Both the position numbers and the translations under genes were made by a program. A DNA stretch of 32,000 nt from NCBI RefSeq assembly GCF_000698785.1, contig NZ_CP007536.1, positions 120,001 to 152,000 of the forward strand. Direction: 5' to 3'. The DNA comes from Nitrososphaera viennensis EN76 (GTDB taxonomy: Archaea > Thermoproteota > Nitrososphaeria > Nitrososphaerales > Nitrososphaeraceae). This document shows positions 16,293 through 24,334 of this stretch, one piece after another; within the stretch, counting starts at the first letter, position 1; the number at the start of each line of letters is the position of its first letter. Under the pieces are notes generated by a model. It made no database searches. It was given only the letters and a program-made list of their open reading frames with translations, and had not been told where the DNA came from.

Positions 16293-16448
16293 ATGAACTG
16301 CCTCCGGTGCCACCATACCTATCAGGCCCACGAAAAGAATTCTCCAAGGGCCAGCTCCATACTGCGGGTCGGAAAATGCCTGGTGCCCGGGTGCGACTGC
16401 GCGCAGTACATGGACAAGATAGAAACTATAGACGAAGATCTGCTCTAG
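16293..16448 (+). CDS. Small Cys/His-rich (putative zinc-binding) protein, 51 aa
   Basis: Sequence: MNCLRCHHTYQAHEKNSPRASSILRVGKCLVPGCDCAQYMDKIETIDEDLL. It has a CxxC(H)H...CxxxCxC arrangement. ATG 16293 lies within the longer track ORF. Confidence 0.4.
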   Translation: MNCLRCHHTYQAHEKNSPRASSILRVGKCLVPGCDCAQYMDKIETIDEDLL

Positions 16449-16705
16449 TTGTTGCCGAGGCCCCTGAGAGATGGCGGGATTTTTGCCTCTTCCTCGGTAA
16501 TCTTGGGCATCGGCTCAAAGCCGTACTGCGCCCTCAGGGTTTCCTGCTGCTGGAGCATCACGTCGTCAGAGAACGAGGGGCCGATATGGCCAAACCATGC
16601 CCACAGGAGGATGACTATTGCAATTGAAATGCCCATTACAAGTATGCACGCCGCTACTCCCGTCATGTGGTACCCGCCTTCGGATTTCTCGTGATGAGCG
16701 CACAT
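16445..16705 (-). CDS. Small single-pass membrane protein, 86 aa
   Basis: MCAHHEKSEGGYHMTGVAACILVMGISIAIVILLWAWFGHI is followed by a soluble tail. The internal Met at 16705 is preferred because the upstream part of the track ORF reaches the neighbouring gene start. Confidence 0.4.
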   Translation of the reverse strand: MCAHHEKSEGGYHMTGVAACILVMGISIAIVILLWAWFGHIGPSFSDDVMLQQQETLRAQYGFEPMPKITEEEAKIPPSLRGLGNN

Positions 16706-16798
16706 GGCCGTCGATATTTCAAGGACACTGCTTTTTAAACCTATTTTCTTTTCGCAAACCATCGTCGAACAATAATCTTTAAGGTACGGCACATACAC

Positions 16799-17476
16799 TT
16801 GCTAGTGAAGGTTTTGGACCTAGAGAGCTTTGTAGCCGACGTCACGTCCCTTGCGGACAGGATGGCAGCCGGCGAGCCGCAAGAAAACATCCAGCGGCTC
16901 GACTTTGTCAGGACCCGGCTGATAGAACTCTACCAGAGAAACCTTGTCAAGATAAACCACTCGGCGATGGAGCTGGTGTGCGCCAAGCACCTCATCCGCG
17001 ACGGCTACTCTATAGACGTCGAAAAGCCGCTGACGGACATTCTGGTGTGCGACGTCTATGCGACCAAGGGGGACGGAGTCGCCCTCGTGGAGATAGAGAC
17101 CGGCTTTATCCCGCCAGAGCACGCGCTTGACCCGCTGTCGTATTACGTGGCAAGGATTGCAAGCAAGGTTGCGCGGTACAGCAAGCACGCAAACAAGTTC
17201 GTTCTTGCGACCCCTCCCGTCAGCATCCTCCCCATACCAAACCTGTTTAGGCGCCCGCCAAGGGACAGGACTGCCGAAGAGGTAAAAGAGGTCAAGGCGC
17301 TGTGCGACAGGTACTATTCGAACCCTCCAATCACCGAGGAAGAGATCCTAAACGCGCACCTCCACATGGTCTACATCATCAACATCGACGCCGGCAGGGT
17401 GGTGGAGATGGACATTGACTCGTACCTGGAAAAAGTGGGCGACATGCTGGCAAAGGGGATGGCCGGCATCTACTAG
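16799..17476 (+). CDS. Hypothetical protein with a PD-(D/E)xK-like motif
   Basis: 225 aa with a TTG start. ILVCDVYATKGDGVALVEIETG gives D-x12-E-x-E in a beta-strand context. Its stop overlaps the convergent helicase stop by 4 nt. Confidence 0.45.
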   Translation: MLVKVLDLESFVADVTSLADRMAAGEPQENIQRLDFVRTRLIELYQRNLVKINHSAMELVCAKHLIRDGYSIDVEKPLTDILVCDVYATKGDGVALVEIETGFIPPEHALDPLSYYVARIASKVARYSKHANKFVLATPPVSILPIPNLFRRPPRDRTAEEVKEVKALCDRYYSNPPITEEEILNAHLHMVYIINIDAGRVVEMDIDSYLEKVGDMLAKGMAGIY

Positions 17477-18780
17477 AGTATCGTCCTTTGCCCGTGCGCC
17501 GGCCTGCTCTTGCCGCTGCTGCCGCGAGCCGTTCTAGGCCTGCCCTCCTCGCTTGACGACTTTTCAATCGCGGCGTTTACCATCTTGACAATGTTCTTGT
17601 CCTTCGTGTCCCTGACGTGCACGACGTAGACCAGCGCGTGCTCCTTGCCCTCTGCCTTTCTCACCACGCGGCCTATCCTCTGCGCCACGCGGTTTGCGTT
17701 TGCCGCGCTCGCAAGGATTATGGCGATCCCCACCTGCGGCACGTCGTAGCCTATCTCCAGCGTGTGCACCGACAAGAGCGGGTAATAGTCCCTGCCCCAG
17801 CTGTCGAGGATCTCCTCGCGCTCGTACCTCGGCACGCCGTTGTGTATGGTCCTTGCCGGGATGCCTGACGACTCTAGCATGTCACGCAGCTGCTGTATCG
17901 AGTCGACAGTCTCGCTGAATATCATCACGCGCTCTTTTGGATGCTGCTTGACAATGTCCACTGCGGCGTACAGCTTTTGCCTTGTGGAGCTGAGAAGCTC
18001 CTTTCGCTTGCGCACCATGGCAAACCACTGCTTGGCCATCGACGCGCGGGCTCCGCCTCGCATCAGCACCTTTGTCATCCTCGCCGGGTCGTACACCTGC
18101 AGCTTTCTGGAGATCTCTTTTATCGCGCCGCTTGCCTCGTCGTAGATCCTTTGCTCTTCGTCCGTGAATTTCACTTCGACTTCCTTTACGACCGGCCTTG
18201 CAAGCCGGCCGTCTGACACGGCGTCTTTTATCATGTATTTTTTCACGGGCGGGGCGACCACCAGTATCGTCCCGTAGCGCGGGTCGCGCTCGTCGATGGT
18301 TGCAGTCAGCCCAAGTATCGCCTTGCCTGGGTCTTCTACTATGACATCAAATATCCTGTCAAATTCGACTGCCGTCTCGCTCACCAGATGGACCTCGTCG
18401 AGCACCACCATGTCTGCCTGCCTGACAAGGTCAAAGTTGTTGATGATGCTCTGGTACGTGCTTATCGTTATCTCGCGGGAGTCCTTGCGCTCGCCGTAAT
18501 AGGTGCCGATCGAGCCCTCGTCTATGCCGTAGCTGAGAAGGCGCCTGACGTTCTGGCTGATGAGCACAATCCTTGGCACGATGAACAGCACCGCGTACCT
18601 CTTTTTGCCCGATTGTATGGCCGCCCTCCTTGCGCACTCCCACGCGATCTCTGTCTTGCCGGTGCCGGTGCTGAAAATGACCGACCCCCTGCAGCCGTTC
18701 TGCATCCAGGCCTCTGCCGCCTCTACCTGATCCCTCTTTAGCTCAAAGGGGAACTGGAGGCTTGCTATGGCCGGCGACAA
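17473..18780 (-). CDS. SF2 helicase of the XPB/Rad25/SSL2 type
   Basis: Motif I FSTGTGKTEIA, motif II VVLDEVHLV, motif III LGLTATIDERD (RED-like element), motif VI QRIGRVVRK. 435 aa with a TTG start at 18780. Confidence 0.7.
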   Translation of the reverse strand: MSPAIASLQFPFELKRDQVEAAEAWMQNGCRGSVIFSTGTGKTEIAWECARRAAIQSGKKRYAVLFIVPRIVLISQNVRRLLSYGIDEGSIGTYYGERKDSREITISTYQSIINNFDLVRQADMVVLDEVHLVSETAVEFDRIFDVIVEDPGKAILGLTATIDERDPRYGTILVVAPPVKKYMIKDAVSDGRLARPVVKEVEVKFTDEEQRIYDEASGAIKEISRKLQVYDPARMTKVLMRGGARASMAKQWFAMVRKRKELLSSTRQKLYAAVDIVKQHPKERVMIFSETVDSIQQLRDMLESSGIPARTIHNGVPRYEREEILDSWGRDYYPLLSVHTLEIGYDVPQVGIAIILASAANANRVAQRIGRVVRKAEGKEHALVYVVHVRDTKDKNIVKMVNAAIEKSSSEEGRPRTARGSSGKSRPAHGQRTIL

Positions 18781-18848
18781 TATTATACATATGCAGGTCG
18801 AACCCGCGCCACTAAAAACTTTAATGGTGTTGCAGGGCCAAGCAGCAT

Positions 18849-19355
18849 GTGAAGCCGCAGGTCTACATGATGCTCCAGGACGACCCGTTCAAGTGCACCG
18901 CGGCAAAGCTTGCAAAATTCAGGATTGCCGAGCCCGTGAAATTCATACGCAAGGACGCAATCGTGCTAAACCCGTTTTCAGAGACCTTGCTCACGAAAAG
19001 CGACGCAGGCATCGCCAGTTCCGTGTGCGCGGTGGACTGCTCGTGGGAGCGAGCGGATGATGTCGCCAAGCACCAGAAGGTTTTTTCTGCCGGCATCGGC
19101 CGCCGGCTGCCTACCGTGCTTGCGGCAAACCCCACGAATTATGCAAAACTGGGCAAGCTGTCAAGCGCAGAGGCGCTTGCGGGCGCGCTGTACATTCTTG
19201 GCGACAGGCAGACGGCAGCAGAAATAATGAACAAGTTCAAGTGGGGACACACGTTTCTGGAGCTGAACGCGGACCTGCTCGAGGATTATTCAAACGCCGA
19301 GACGCAAGAGCAGATGATGCAGACAGAGCGCGAGTATTTTCCAAACTTAAAATAG
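18849..19355 (+). CDS. tsr3: Tsr3-type rRNA aminocarboxypropyltransferase (ribosome biogenesis protein)
   Basis: Signatures: DDPFKCTAAKLAKF, AVDCSWERA, RRLPTVLAANPTNYAKLGKLSSAEALAGALYILG, KFKWGHTFLELN. GTG start, with an alternative ATG a few codons in. Confidence 0.8.
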   Translation: MKPQVYMMLQDDPFKCTAAKLAKFRIAEPVKFIRKDAIVLNPFSETLLTKSDAGIASSVCAVDCSWERADDVAKHQKVFSAGIGRRLPTVLAANPTNYAKLGKLSSAEALAGALYILGDRQTAAEIMNKFKWGHTFLELNADLLEDYSNAETQEQMMQTEREYFPNLK

Positions 19356-19373
19356 CAAGCAGCGCCAATATGG

Positions 19374-19660
19374 TTTGCGAGCCAGCGGGCGGGCGACTCA
19401 AAAGAGAGGAAACTCCTCCCTCGCTGCAGGCACCCGAATTGGCGACAATTAGCCGGAGACGGCTGGCGACGGAACAGAAAAGAGATCCGGTCGGGGCGAT
19501 ACCGTGATGGCGAAAGCCTGAGGTTTCCGATACCGGAATGAAACTGCCGACCCGGGTGGAGCAAGGCCAAACAGAGCACAAGGGTCCTGCACCTGCTCAG
19601 GTTGGCTGCTCAGCGGAATCCCGCCTAGAACAGAAGGAGGGTTACGGCTGGCACGCAAAA
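19374..19660 (+). ncRNA. rnpB: RNase P RNA (archaeal type)
   Basis: The CR-I-like GAGGAAACUCCUCC (19406-19419) pairs with the CR-V-like ACAGAAGGAGGGUUA (19630-19644). This forms P4 as AAC(U)CCUCC / GGAGGGUU with the conserved bulged U. The 5-prime end TTTGCGAGCCAGC pairs with the 3-prime end GCTGGCACGCAAA (P1, one mismatch). The length is ~285 nt, no ORF is present, and a T9 run follows immediately at 19661-19669. Confidence 0.85.
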
Positions 19661-19692
19661 TTTTTTTTTGTGCGTTTTAAAGTGATTTTCGA

Positions 19693-19941
19693 TTATTCGT
19701 ACACTGGCGAATGACCCTGCATACTATGACCACCAGTTATCTTTGACTTGTGTCTGATTTTGTTAATCTTTGAGTCATCTCTGAGCCTAATGTCGTTATT
19801 GTTATTCTTGCTATCGCGCTTGGCATCAAGCTCTTTTTTGGTTTCTGTTGCTGCCGCATCTGCCTGACCTAAACTCAAAGTATCATCTACGAAAGTATAG
19901 TCTGTCGCTTTCTTTTCTTTTATGATTTTGAATCCGCCCAT
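19693..19941 (-). CDS. Hypothetical small, highly charged protein (82 aa) in a low-G+C patch
   Basis: This is the only ORF in the gap. The product is K/D/N-rich and low-complexity, with no motif recognised. It may not be expressed. Confidence 0.3.
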   Translation of the reverse strand: MGGFKIIKEKKATDYTFVDDTLSLGQADAAATETKKELDAKRDSKNNNNDIRLRDDSKINKIRHKSKITGGHSMQGHSPVYE

Positions 19942-20250
19942 TTTTCTTTCTCATGCTCGTTTTAGTGACAATTCGCTATGCGAATGCAGCAATTGCCAAA
20001 CGCGGCTTCAAAGTTTGAAACTGAGTGGAGCGGATCCTAATTTCCAGACCCAAACATGATTTTCGCCTTCTACATGAGGCTAAAAGCGCGGTATGCCGAA
20101 AATCATGATGTAACCCAACACAATCAAGCACGGCGTTACGATTATCACGGCCCGGCGGATTCGCCATGTCTTGTTGAAATAGCGTCTTTTTTTACAAACA
20201 ATAACCCGGCAAGCGTTATTACGCACCAAGACGCCGGAGCAGCATTAGCA

Positions 20251-20571
20251 ATGGCCCGCCCAAGGATGATAAAAATCGATTTTTACGTGCCCACGAAAAC
20301 AAAGGACGGCAAAGACATCGACCCGGAAAAGGTGGACGACATAATAAACCAGATCTGGCCCCGGTACCGCGGAGGCACAAAACTGACAGGCACGGGCTAT
20401 TACCGGGCAAAGTCAGGCAAGGATGAAGTGACGGAAAGCTACCTGCTTTCCATAATCACGGAATATGACAAGCCGTTCAAGGCCGACCTGAAAAAGTTCA
20501 AGGAAACGATAAGGGACGAACTCTGCCAAGAAACCGTCCTGATAACCTGGCATCCTATCAAAGTTCCGTAG
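20251..20571 (+). CDS. Hypothetical small soluble protein (106 aa)
   Basis: MARPRMIKIDFYVPTKTKDGKDIDPEKVDDIINQIWPRYRGGTKLTGTGYYRAKSGKDEVTESYLLSII has a globular alpha/beta-like pattern. The internal ATG 20251 is preferred because the upstream part of the track ORF looks non-coding. Confidence 0.45.
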   Translation: MARPRMIKIDFYVPTKTKDGKDIDPEKVDDIINQIWPRYRGGTKLTGTGYYRAKSGKDEVTESYLLSIITEYDKPFKADLKKFKETIRDELCQETVLITWHPIKVP

Positions 20572-20640
20572 AACTATAGAAAAAGATTGTACAGTCGTGC
20601 CAGCTAAAGTTTATCAATTAGATAGATCTAACTTGCATCA

Positions 20641-20811
20641 GTGGCGCAAAAAAGCTCAGAGGGCGAAAGGGCAAAAAAAACAGGCAAGCACCAGTATGAC
20701 GATGAAACTCTGGCGAACATGGTGCGCTACTACAACCTCGGCGAGAACTATGAATCGCTCTTGCGCTACATAAAACGCCGCGGCCTAGTCGACGGCGACT
20801 CTGAACAATAA
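20641..20811 (+). CDS. Possible small protein, 56 aa (below the ORF-track threshold)
   Basis: Hand translation from GTG 20641: VAQKSSEGERAKKTGKHQYDDETLANMVRYYNLGENYESLLRYIKRRGLVDGDSEQ, stop at 20809-20811. Third-position usage is host-like. No motif was recognised. Confidence 0.3.
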   Translation: MAQKSSEGERAKKTGKHQYDDETLANMVRYYNLGENYESLLRYIKRRGLVDGDSEQ

Positions 20812-20842
20812 CGCTATATCTCCCGTTTCTCTGCTCTAACCT

Positions 20843-21223
20843 GTGCGCGTCATTATTGCAGTGGCTGTCGCTGCGGCAATCGGTATTGCGTTTGCGGGGT
20901 ATTTTGCATACACATGGCTGTCAAGGCCGCAGTATGCGCTCGAAGTAGACGCCACCCGGGACACCACCGACATCTCTGGCACGCTGTACCGCATCAGGGT
21001 GGCAAACGTGGGCCTTGAGCGCCTGACAAACATCTCGGCAGAGATGGGAGCCGGCGACATCCAGACCAAGGACTTTTTGGACCCCGGCCAGACCTACTAT
21101 TTCTACCCGAATCCTGACACGCTCGTACCGACCATCAAGGTCACGTCGGGCGAGGGGATCAAGGTCGTGACGGATTATCGCACGCCTACAAAGGTGCTCG
21201 GGCTGCCGGGCGGCGGAAGATGA
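20843..21223 (+). CDS. Hypothetical N-terminally membrane-anchored or secreted protein
   Basis: GTG start. The N-terminal hydrophobic segment VIIAVAVAAAIGIAFAGYFAYTWL is followed by a beta-rich domain. Confidence 0.5.
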   Translation: MRVIIAVAVAAAIGIAFAGYFAYTWLSRPQYALEVDATRDTTDISGTLYRIRVANVGLERLTNISAEMGAGDIQTKDFLDPGQTYYFYPNPDTLVPTIKVTSGEGIKVVTDYRTPTKVLGLPGGGR

Positions 21224-21265
21224 CGATAATAGTATAAATGGACACGCGCACCCATTTTCAGGCGT

Positions 21266-22231
21266 TTGACGCTCCTCTTTGACAGCTCTGCCAGGTCGGC
21301 CGCGCTTGCGGACAGATACGGCTATGGCGAATGGCTCGTGGGACGGTTTTTGCGGTACGTGCCGGAGGTCGAGCGCTTTATGGAAAAGATGGAGCAGCCG
21401 CCTGCGCAGTACATACGCGTCAATACGCTCAAGACTGCCAGAGGCGACCTTGAAAGGAGGCTTGTTGCCAAGGGGTTTGGGCTTGAACCGACCGCCCTTT
21501 CCGAAGTGCTCAAGGTGACCAGGGCGCCGATGGCGACTGGCGCCACCAACGAATACCTCCTTGGCCACTATTACATCCAGGACCTGAGCTCCTGCATGGC
21601 AGTGGAGGCGCTGGATGCGCAAAAGGGCCAGTCGGTGCTGGACATGGCGGCTGCGCCGGGCGGCAAGACGACGCACATTGCGCAGAGGATGCAAAATACC
21701 GGCTCTATAATTGCGCTGGAGCCAAACCAAAAGAGGGCAAGGTCGATGTCGTTCAACCTGGACCGCCTCGGCGTGGCAAACACGTGCATCCTGCACGCTG
21801 ACGCGCTTGCCACCGCAAAAGACCTTGGCAACAACAACATCGAGTTTGACCGGGTGCTCCTTGACGCGCCCTGCAGCTGCGAAGGCGTGATCGCAAGGGA
21901 CAAGACAAGAAAGACAAGCCACAGCCCGGAAGACGTGGACTATTGCGCAGGCCGGCAGGAAAAGATGCTTGAAGCCGCGATTGGCGCCTGCCAGAGCGGT
22001 GGAATCGTGGTTTATTCGACGTGCTCTTTTGCGCCGGAGGAAAACGAGGTAATAGTCGACAGGATGGTGCGCAAGTTTGGCGTGTCCGTCGAACCAATGC
22101 CGCACGGAAGCGAGGGGCTTGCCTGCTTTGGAAACATGGAATTTGAAAAAAGCGTCAGAAACGCAAGGCGCTTTTACCCGCACATACACGACACCACCGG
22201 CTTTTTCGTGGCAAGGATGAGGGTGCCATAA
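21266..22231 (+). CDS. RNA cytosine-C5 methyltransferase, NOL1/NOP2/Sun (NSUN) family
   Basis: SAM-binding VLDMAAAPGGKTTHIA, motif IV DRVLLDAPCSCEGV, motif VI VYSTCSFAPEENE. TTG start. Confidence 0.85.
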   Translation: MTLLFDSSARSAALADRYGYGEWLVGRFLRYVPEVERFMEKMEQPPAQYIRVNTLKTARGDLERRLVAKGFGLEPTALSEVLKVTRAPMATGATNEYLLGHYYIQDLSSCMAVEALDAQKGQSVLDMAAAPGGKTTHIAQRMQNTGSIIALEPNQKRARSMSFNLDRLGVANTCILHADALATAKDLGNNNIEFDRVLLDAPCSCEGVIARDKTRKTSHSPEDVDYCAGRQEKMLEAAIGACQSGGIVVYSTCSFAPEENEVIVDRMVRKFGVSVEPMPHGSEGLACFGNMEFEKSVRNARRFYPHIHDTTGFFVARMRVP

Positions 22232-22232
22232 A

Positions 22233-22877
22233 GTGACGTTTAGGGAGCTGACGCGGCAAGAGCAGACGCTTGTCAACAGGGCGCTTGACCTGTGGGGCGT
22301 GTTCGACGCGCTGAAAGGGAAAACGTTCCTTGTGGATAGCAGCAGCAAGGTCTACCTGATGTCGCCCGAGCTTGCAAGCGTTGTCATAAAGGTGCAGCCG
22401 GACGTGGCCGGCCTTGCCATAGGGAGCCTTGGCAAGAAGAAGCAGTTTACGCCCACACTTGCCGGCGCCAACCTTTTTGCGCGCGCAGGCGGCAAGGGGA
22501 AAAAATGCTATGTCCGGGTAGGCGAAAACGCGGAAAAACTGGTGCTGTACGGCCGGGACGTGATGGGCGATTCTGTGATCGAGGCGTCGCCCGAGCTTGG
22601 AGAGAACGAGCTTGTGATAATACTGAATGCGAGAGGCGAGGCGATAGGGATCGGCCGGACGCGCTTTTCCGGCAAGTCAATCCTGCAAAAGGGGCGGGTG
22701 GCGATAACCACCCTTGCCGACGCTGGCAGCTACCTGCGCGACGAGGCCAATAATAATGCTGATAGCAGCAGCGGCGGCGGTGGTGGTGGCGAGGCAGAGC
22801 GGCGGGCAAAGATGACGAGGGGAAGGGGGACGACGGCGGCGGCCCAGCAGCCGAAAAGAAGAGGGGTCCCTGGCTAG
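22233..22877 (+). CDS. Nip7-like PUA-domain RNA-binding protein with a Gly/Arg-rich C-terminal tail
   Basis: Starts 1 nt after the NSUN stop. The pattern FTPTLAGANLF...LVLYGRDVMGDSV...ELVIILNARGEAIGIGRT...TLADAGSYLRDE parallels archaeal Nip7/UPF0113 proteins. Nop2-Nip7 adjacency is a known association. Confidence 0.6.
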   Translation: MTFRELTRQEQTLVNRALDLWGVFDALKGKTFLVDSSSKVYLMSPELASVVIKVQPDVAGLAIGSLGKKKQFTPTLAGANLFARAGGKGKKCYVRVGENAEKLVLYGRDVMGDSVIEASPELGENELVIILNARGEAIGIGRTRFSGKSILQKGRVAITTLADAGSYLRDEANNNADSSSGGGGGGEAERRAKMTRGRGTTAAAQQPKRRGVPG

Positions 22878-23029
22878 CCTGTCTCTACGGACACGTTTCT
22901 GAGGACAGTCGCGACATAGTCTGCCGTGGTGTCCAGTTCCTCCGTTATGGACTGAATGGACATCCCGCTGTCGTACAGCTCAAAGATGCGCTCGTCGAGG
23001 TCGTACTTGGCCTCTTCCTCTGTTCTCAT
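22874..23029 (-). CDS. Possible small HTH-like protein, 51 aa (below the ORF-track threshold)
   Basis: Hand translation: MRTEEEAKYDLDERIFELYDSGMSIQSITEELDTTADYVATVLRNVSVETG. The segment MSIQSITEELDTTADYVATVL looks like a helix-turn-helix. The stop shares the palindromic CTAG with the Nip7-like gene stop. Confidence 0.35.
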   Translation of the reverse strand: MRTEEEAKYDLDERIFELYDSGMSIQSITEELDTTADYVATVLRNVSVETG

Positions 23030-23157
23030 TGTATGATGCTACCAAGCTGGGAATCGGCCGTTTGAATAATACGGGTATCGATCTATAAACTATGTACAAG
23101 CTTGTAAAATAAATTAAAGTGGTGGGGATGCGCAGCTCTTTTTTGCTGCTGCTCCTT

Positions 23158-24219
23158 TTACTTCCTGGCCTTGAACAGGATGAACACCGCGATGGCGCCC
23201 ATCATCCCGCCTAGCACGAGGAGCACCTGGAGCGGGAAGTTGCCAGTTGCGTTCTGGACGTCTGCCGGCGCTTCCCTGGTGACGACCGCAATGTTGCTTC
23301 CTGCACTTTGGTCTATCTTGGCAAACCCTGCGATCTGGATCTGTCCGCTTGGGGCTGGCACCTGGGAGTGGACCTGCACCTGGGCTCCGCCGATGGTGGC
23401 TGTTGCGTCTTCCTCCTCTGGCTCAAACGTTCCTTCCCTAAAGCTGCTCTCGCCAAGAGAGTAGATGGACACGACCTTTGCGCCGCTCTCTTCCTTGTAG
23501 AACGACGACGACTCGACCAAGCTTCCCGACGGGTCAAAGAGGAAGTGCCACGTGCCCATTGGCTGCTTGAACTTGTCAAAGTTCAGGATGGACGTAGTGA
23601 ATATGCTTGAAGCCTGCGACTCGAATATCTGCTTGGCAAGGTCCTTGTGCGTCTTGTCGATTAGGTTGATTGGCTTGGTGATCTCTATCTCGCCAACGTC
23701 CGGCGCATTGAGCACTATCGGGTCTGTGACGACTATTCTCCTCCATTCAAGGTCAACGACATCGCCTGTAGTGGAAGACTGGTTGCCGCCACCGTTTATC
23801 ACAAATTTCTCCATCTGGGGCACTGCCTCGATCTTGTAGGACATCAGCGCGTTGTTTTCAAAGCCCCTGATTACACCCGTGTAGGTGATAGTCATGTTGG
23901 TGACCACCACGGGGCTCTGGGCCTCCAGCATCGCCTTGTTAAATGCGTTAATGGCATTTGCTACGCCGTTGTCTGTGCTGTTTGCATCGCCTTTCAGGGT
24001 GAACTGGACGCGGTCAACCTTGCCGTTAAGCTCCTGTGAAATAGGGCTGCCCGGCGGGTAGCGGAGCGAAATGTTCTTGACGGCGATATAATGGCCTTCT
24101 GCCTTGTCTCTCTCTGGGACCAGCACAGCGTTCATGTCATTAGCAAAAGCGGCTGGGGCAACACTGGATGCCAAAAGTATGGCAAACAACGTCGCAACAA
24201 CTACGGATAACGACTTCAC
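23158..24219 (-). CDS. Secreted or cell-surface protein with an N-terminal signal peptide and a C-terminal TM anchor
   Basis: N-terminus MKSLSVVVATLFAILLASSVAPAAFA. C-terminus FPLQVLLVLGGMMGAIAVFILFKARK (hydrophobic helix plus basic tail). Confidence 0.65.
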   Translation of the reverse strand: MKSLSVVVATLFAILLASSVAPAAFANDMNAVLVPERDKAEGHYIAVKNISLRYPPGSPISQELNGKVDRVQFTLKGDANSTDNGVANAINAFNKAMLEAQSPVVVTNMTITYTGVIRGFENNALMSYKIEAVPQMEKFVINGGGNQSSTTGDVVDLEWRRIVVTDPIVLNAPDVGEIEITKPINLIDKTHKDLAKQIFESQASSIFTTSILNFDKFKQPMGTWHFLFDPSGSLVESSSFYKEESGAKVVSIYSLGESSFREGTFEPEEEDATATIGGAQVQVHSQVPAPSGQIQIAGFAKIDQSAGSNIAVVTREAPADVQNATGNFPLQVLLVLGGMMGAIAVFILFKARK

Positions 24220-24334
24220 GAGAGAAAAGTGCCTTTGGCTGTTTTATAATCTTTGTTGTACTGTACACCAGAAGGTTGCGGATTTCGTTGCGCCCGGCAG
24301 ATATAATAAAACGAATTTTGCATACTGTCCGAGT

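Noticed and set aside
20921-22348. 475-aa ORF on the minus strand
   Set aside because: It is entirely antisense to the well-supported NSUN methyltransferase and Nip7-like genes. The product is Arg/Ala/His/Pro-rich with no motif, which is the typical antisense artefact of G+C-rich coding DNA.
24104-24334. 5-prime extension of the cofD ORF
   Set aside because: It overlaps the start of the divergent surface-protein gene and lies upstream of a good TATA box. CofD homology begins at ITILAGGTGS, right after TTG 24335.
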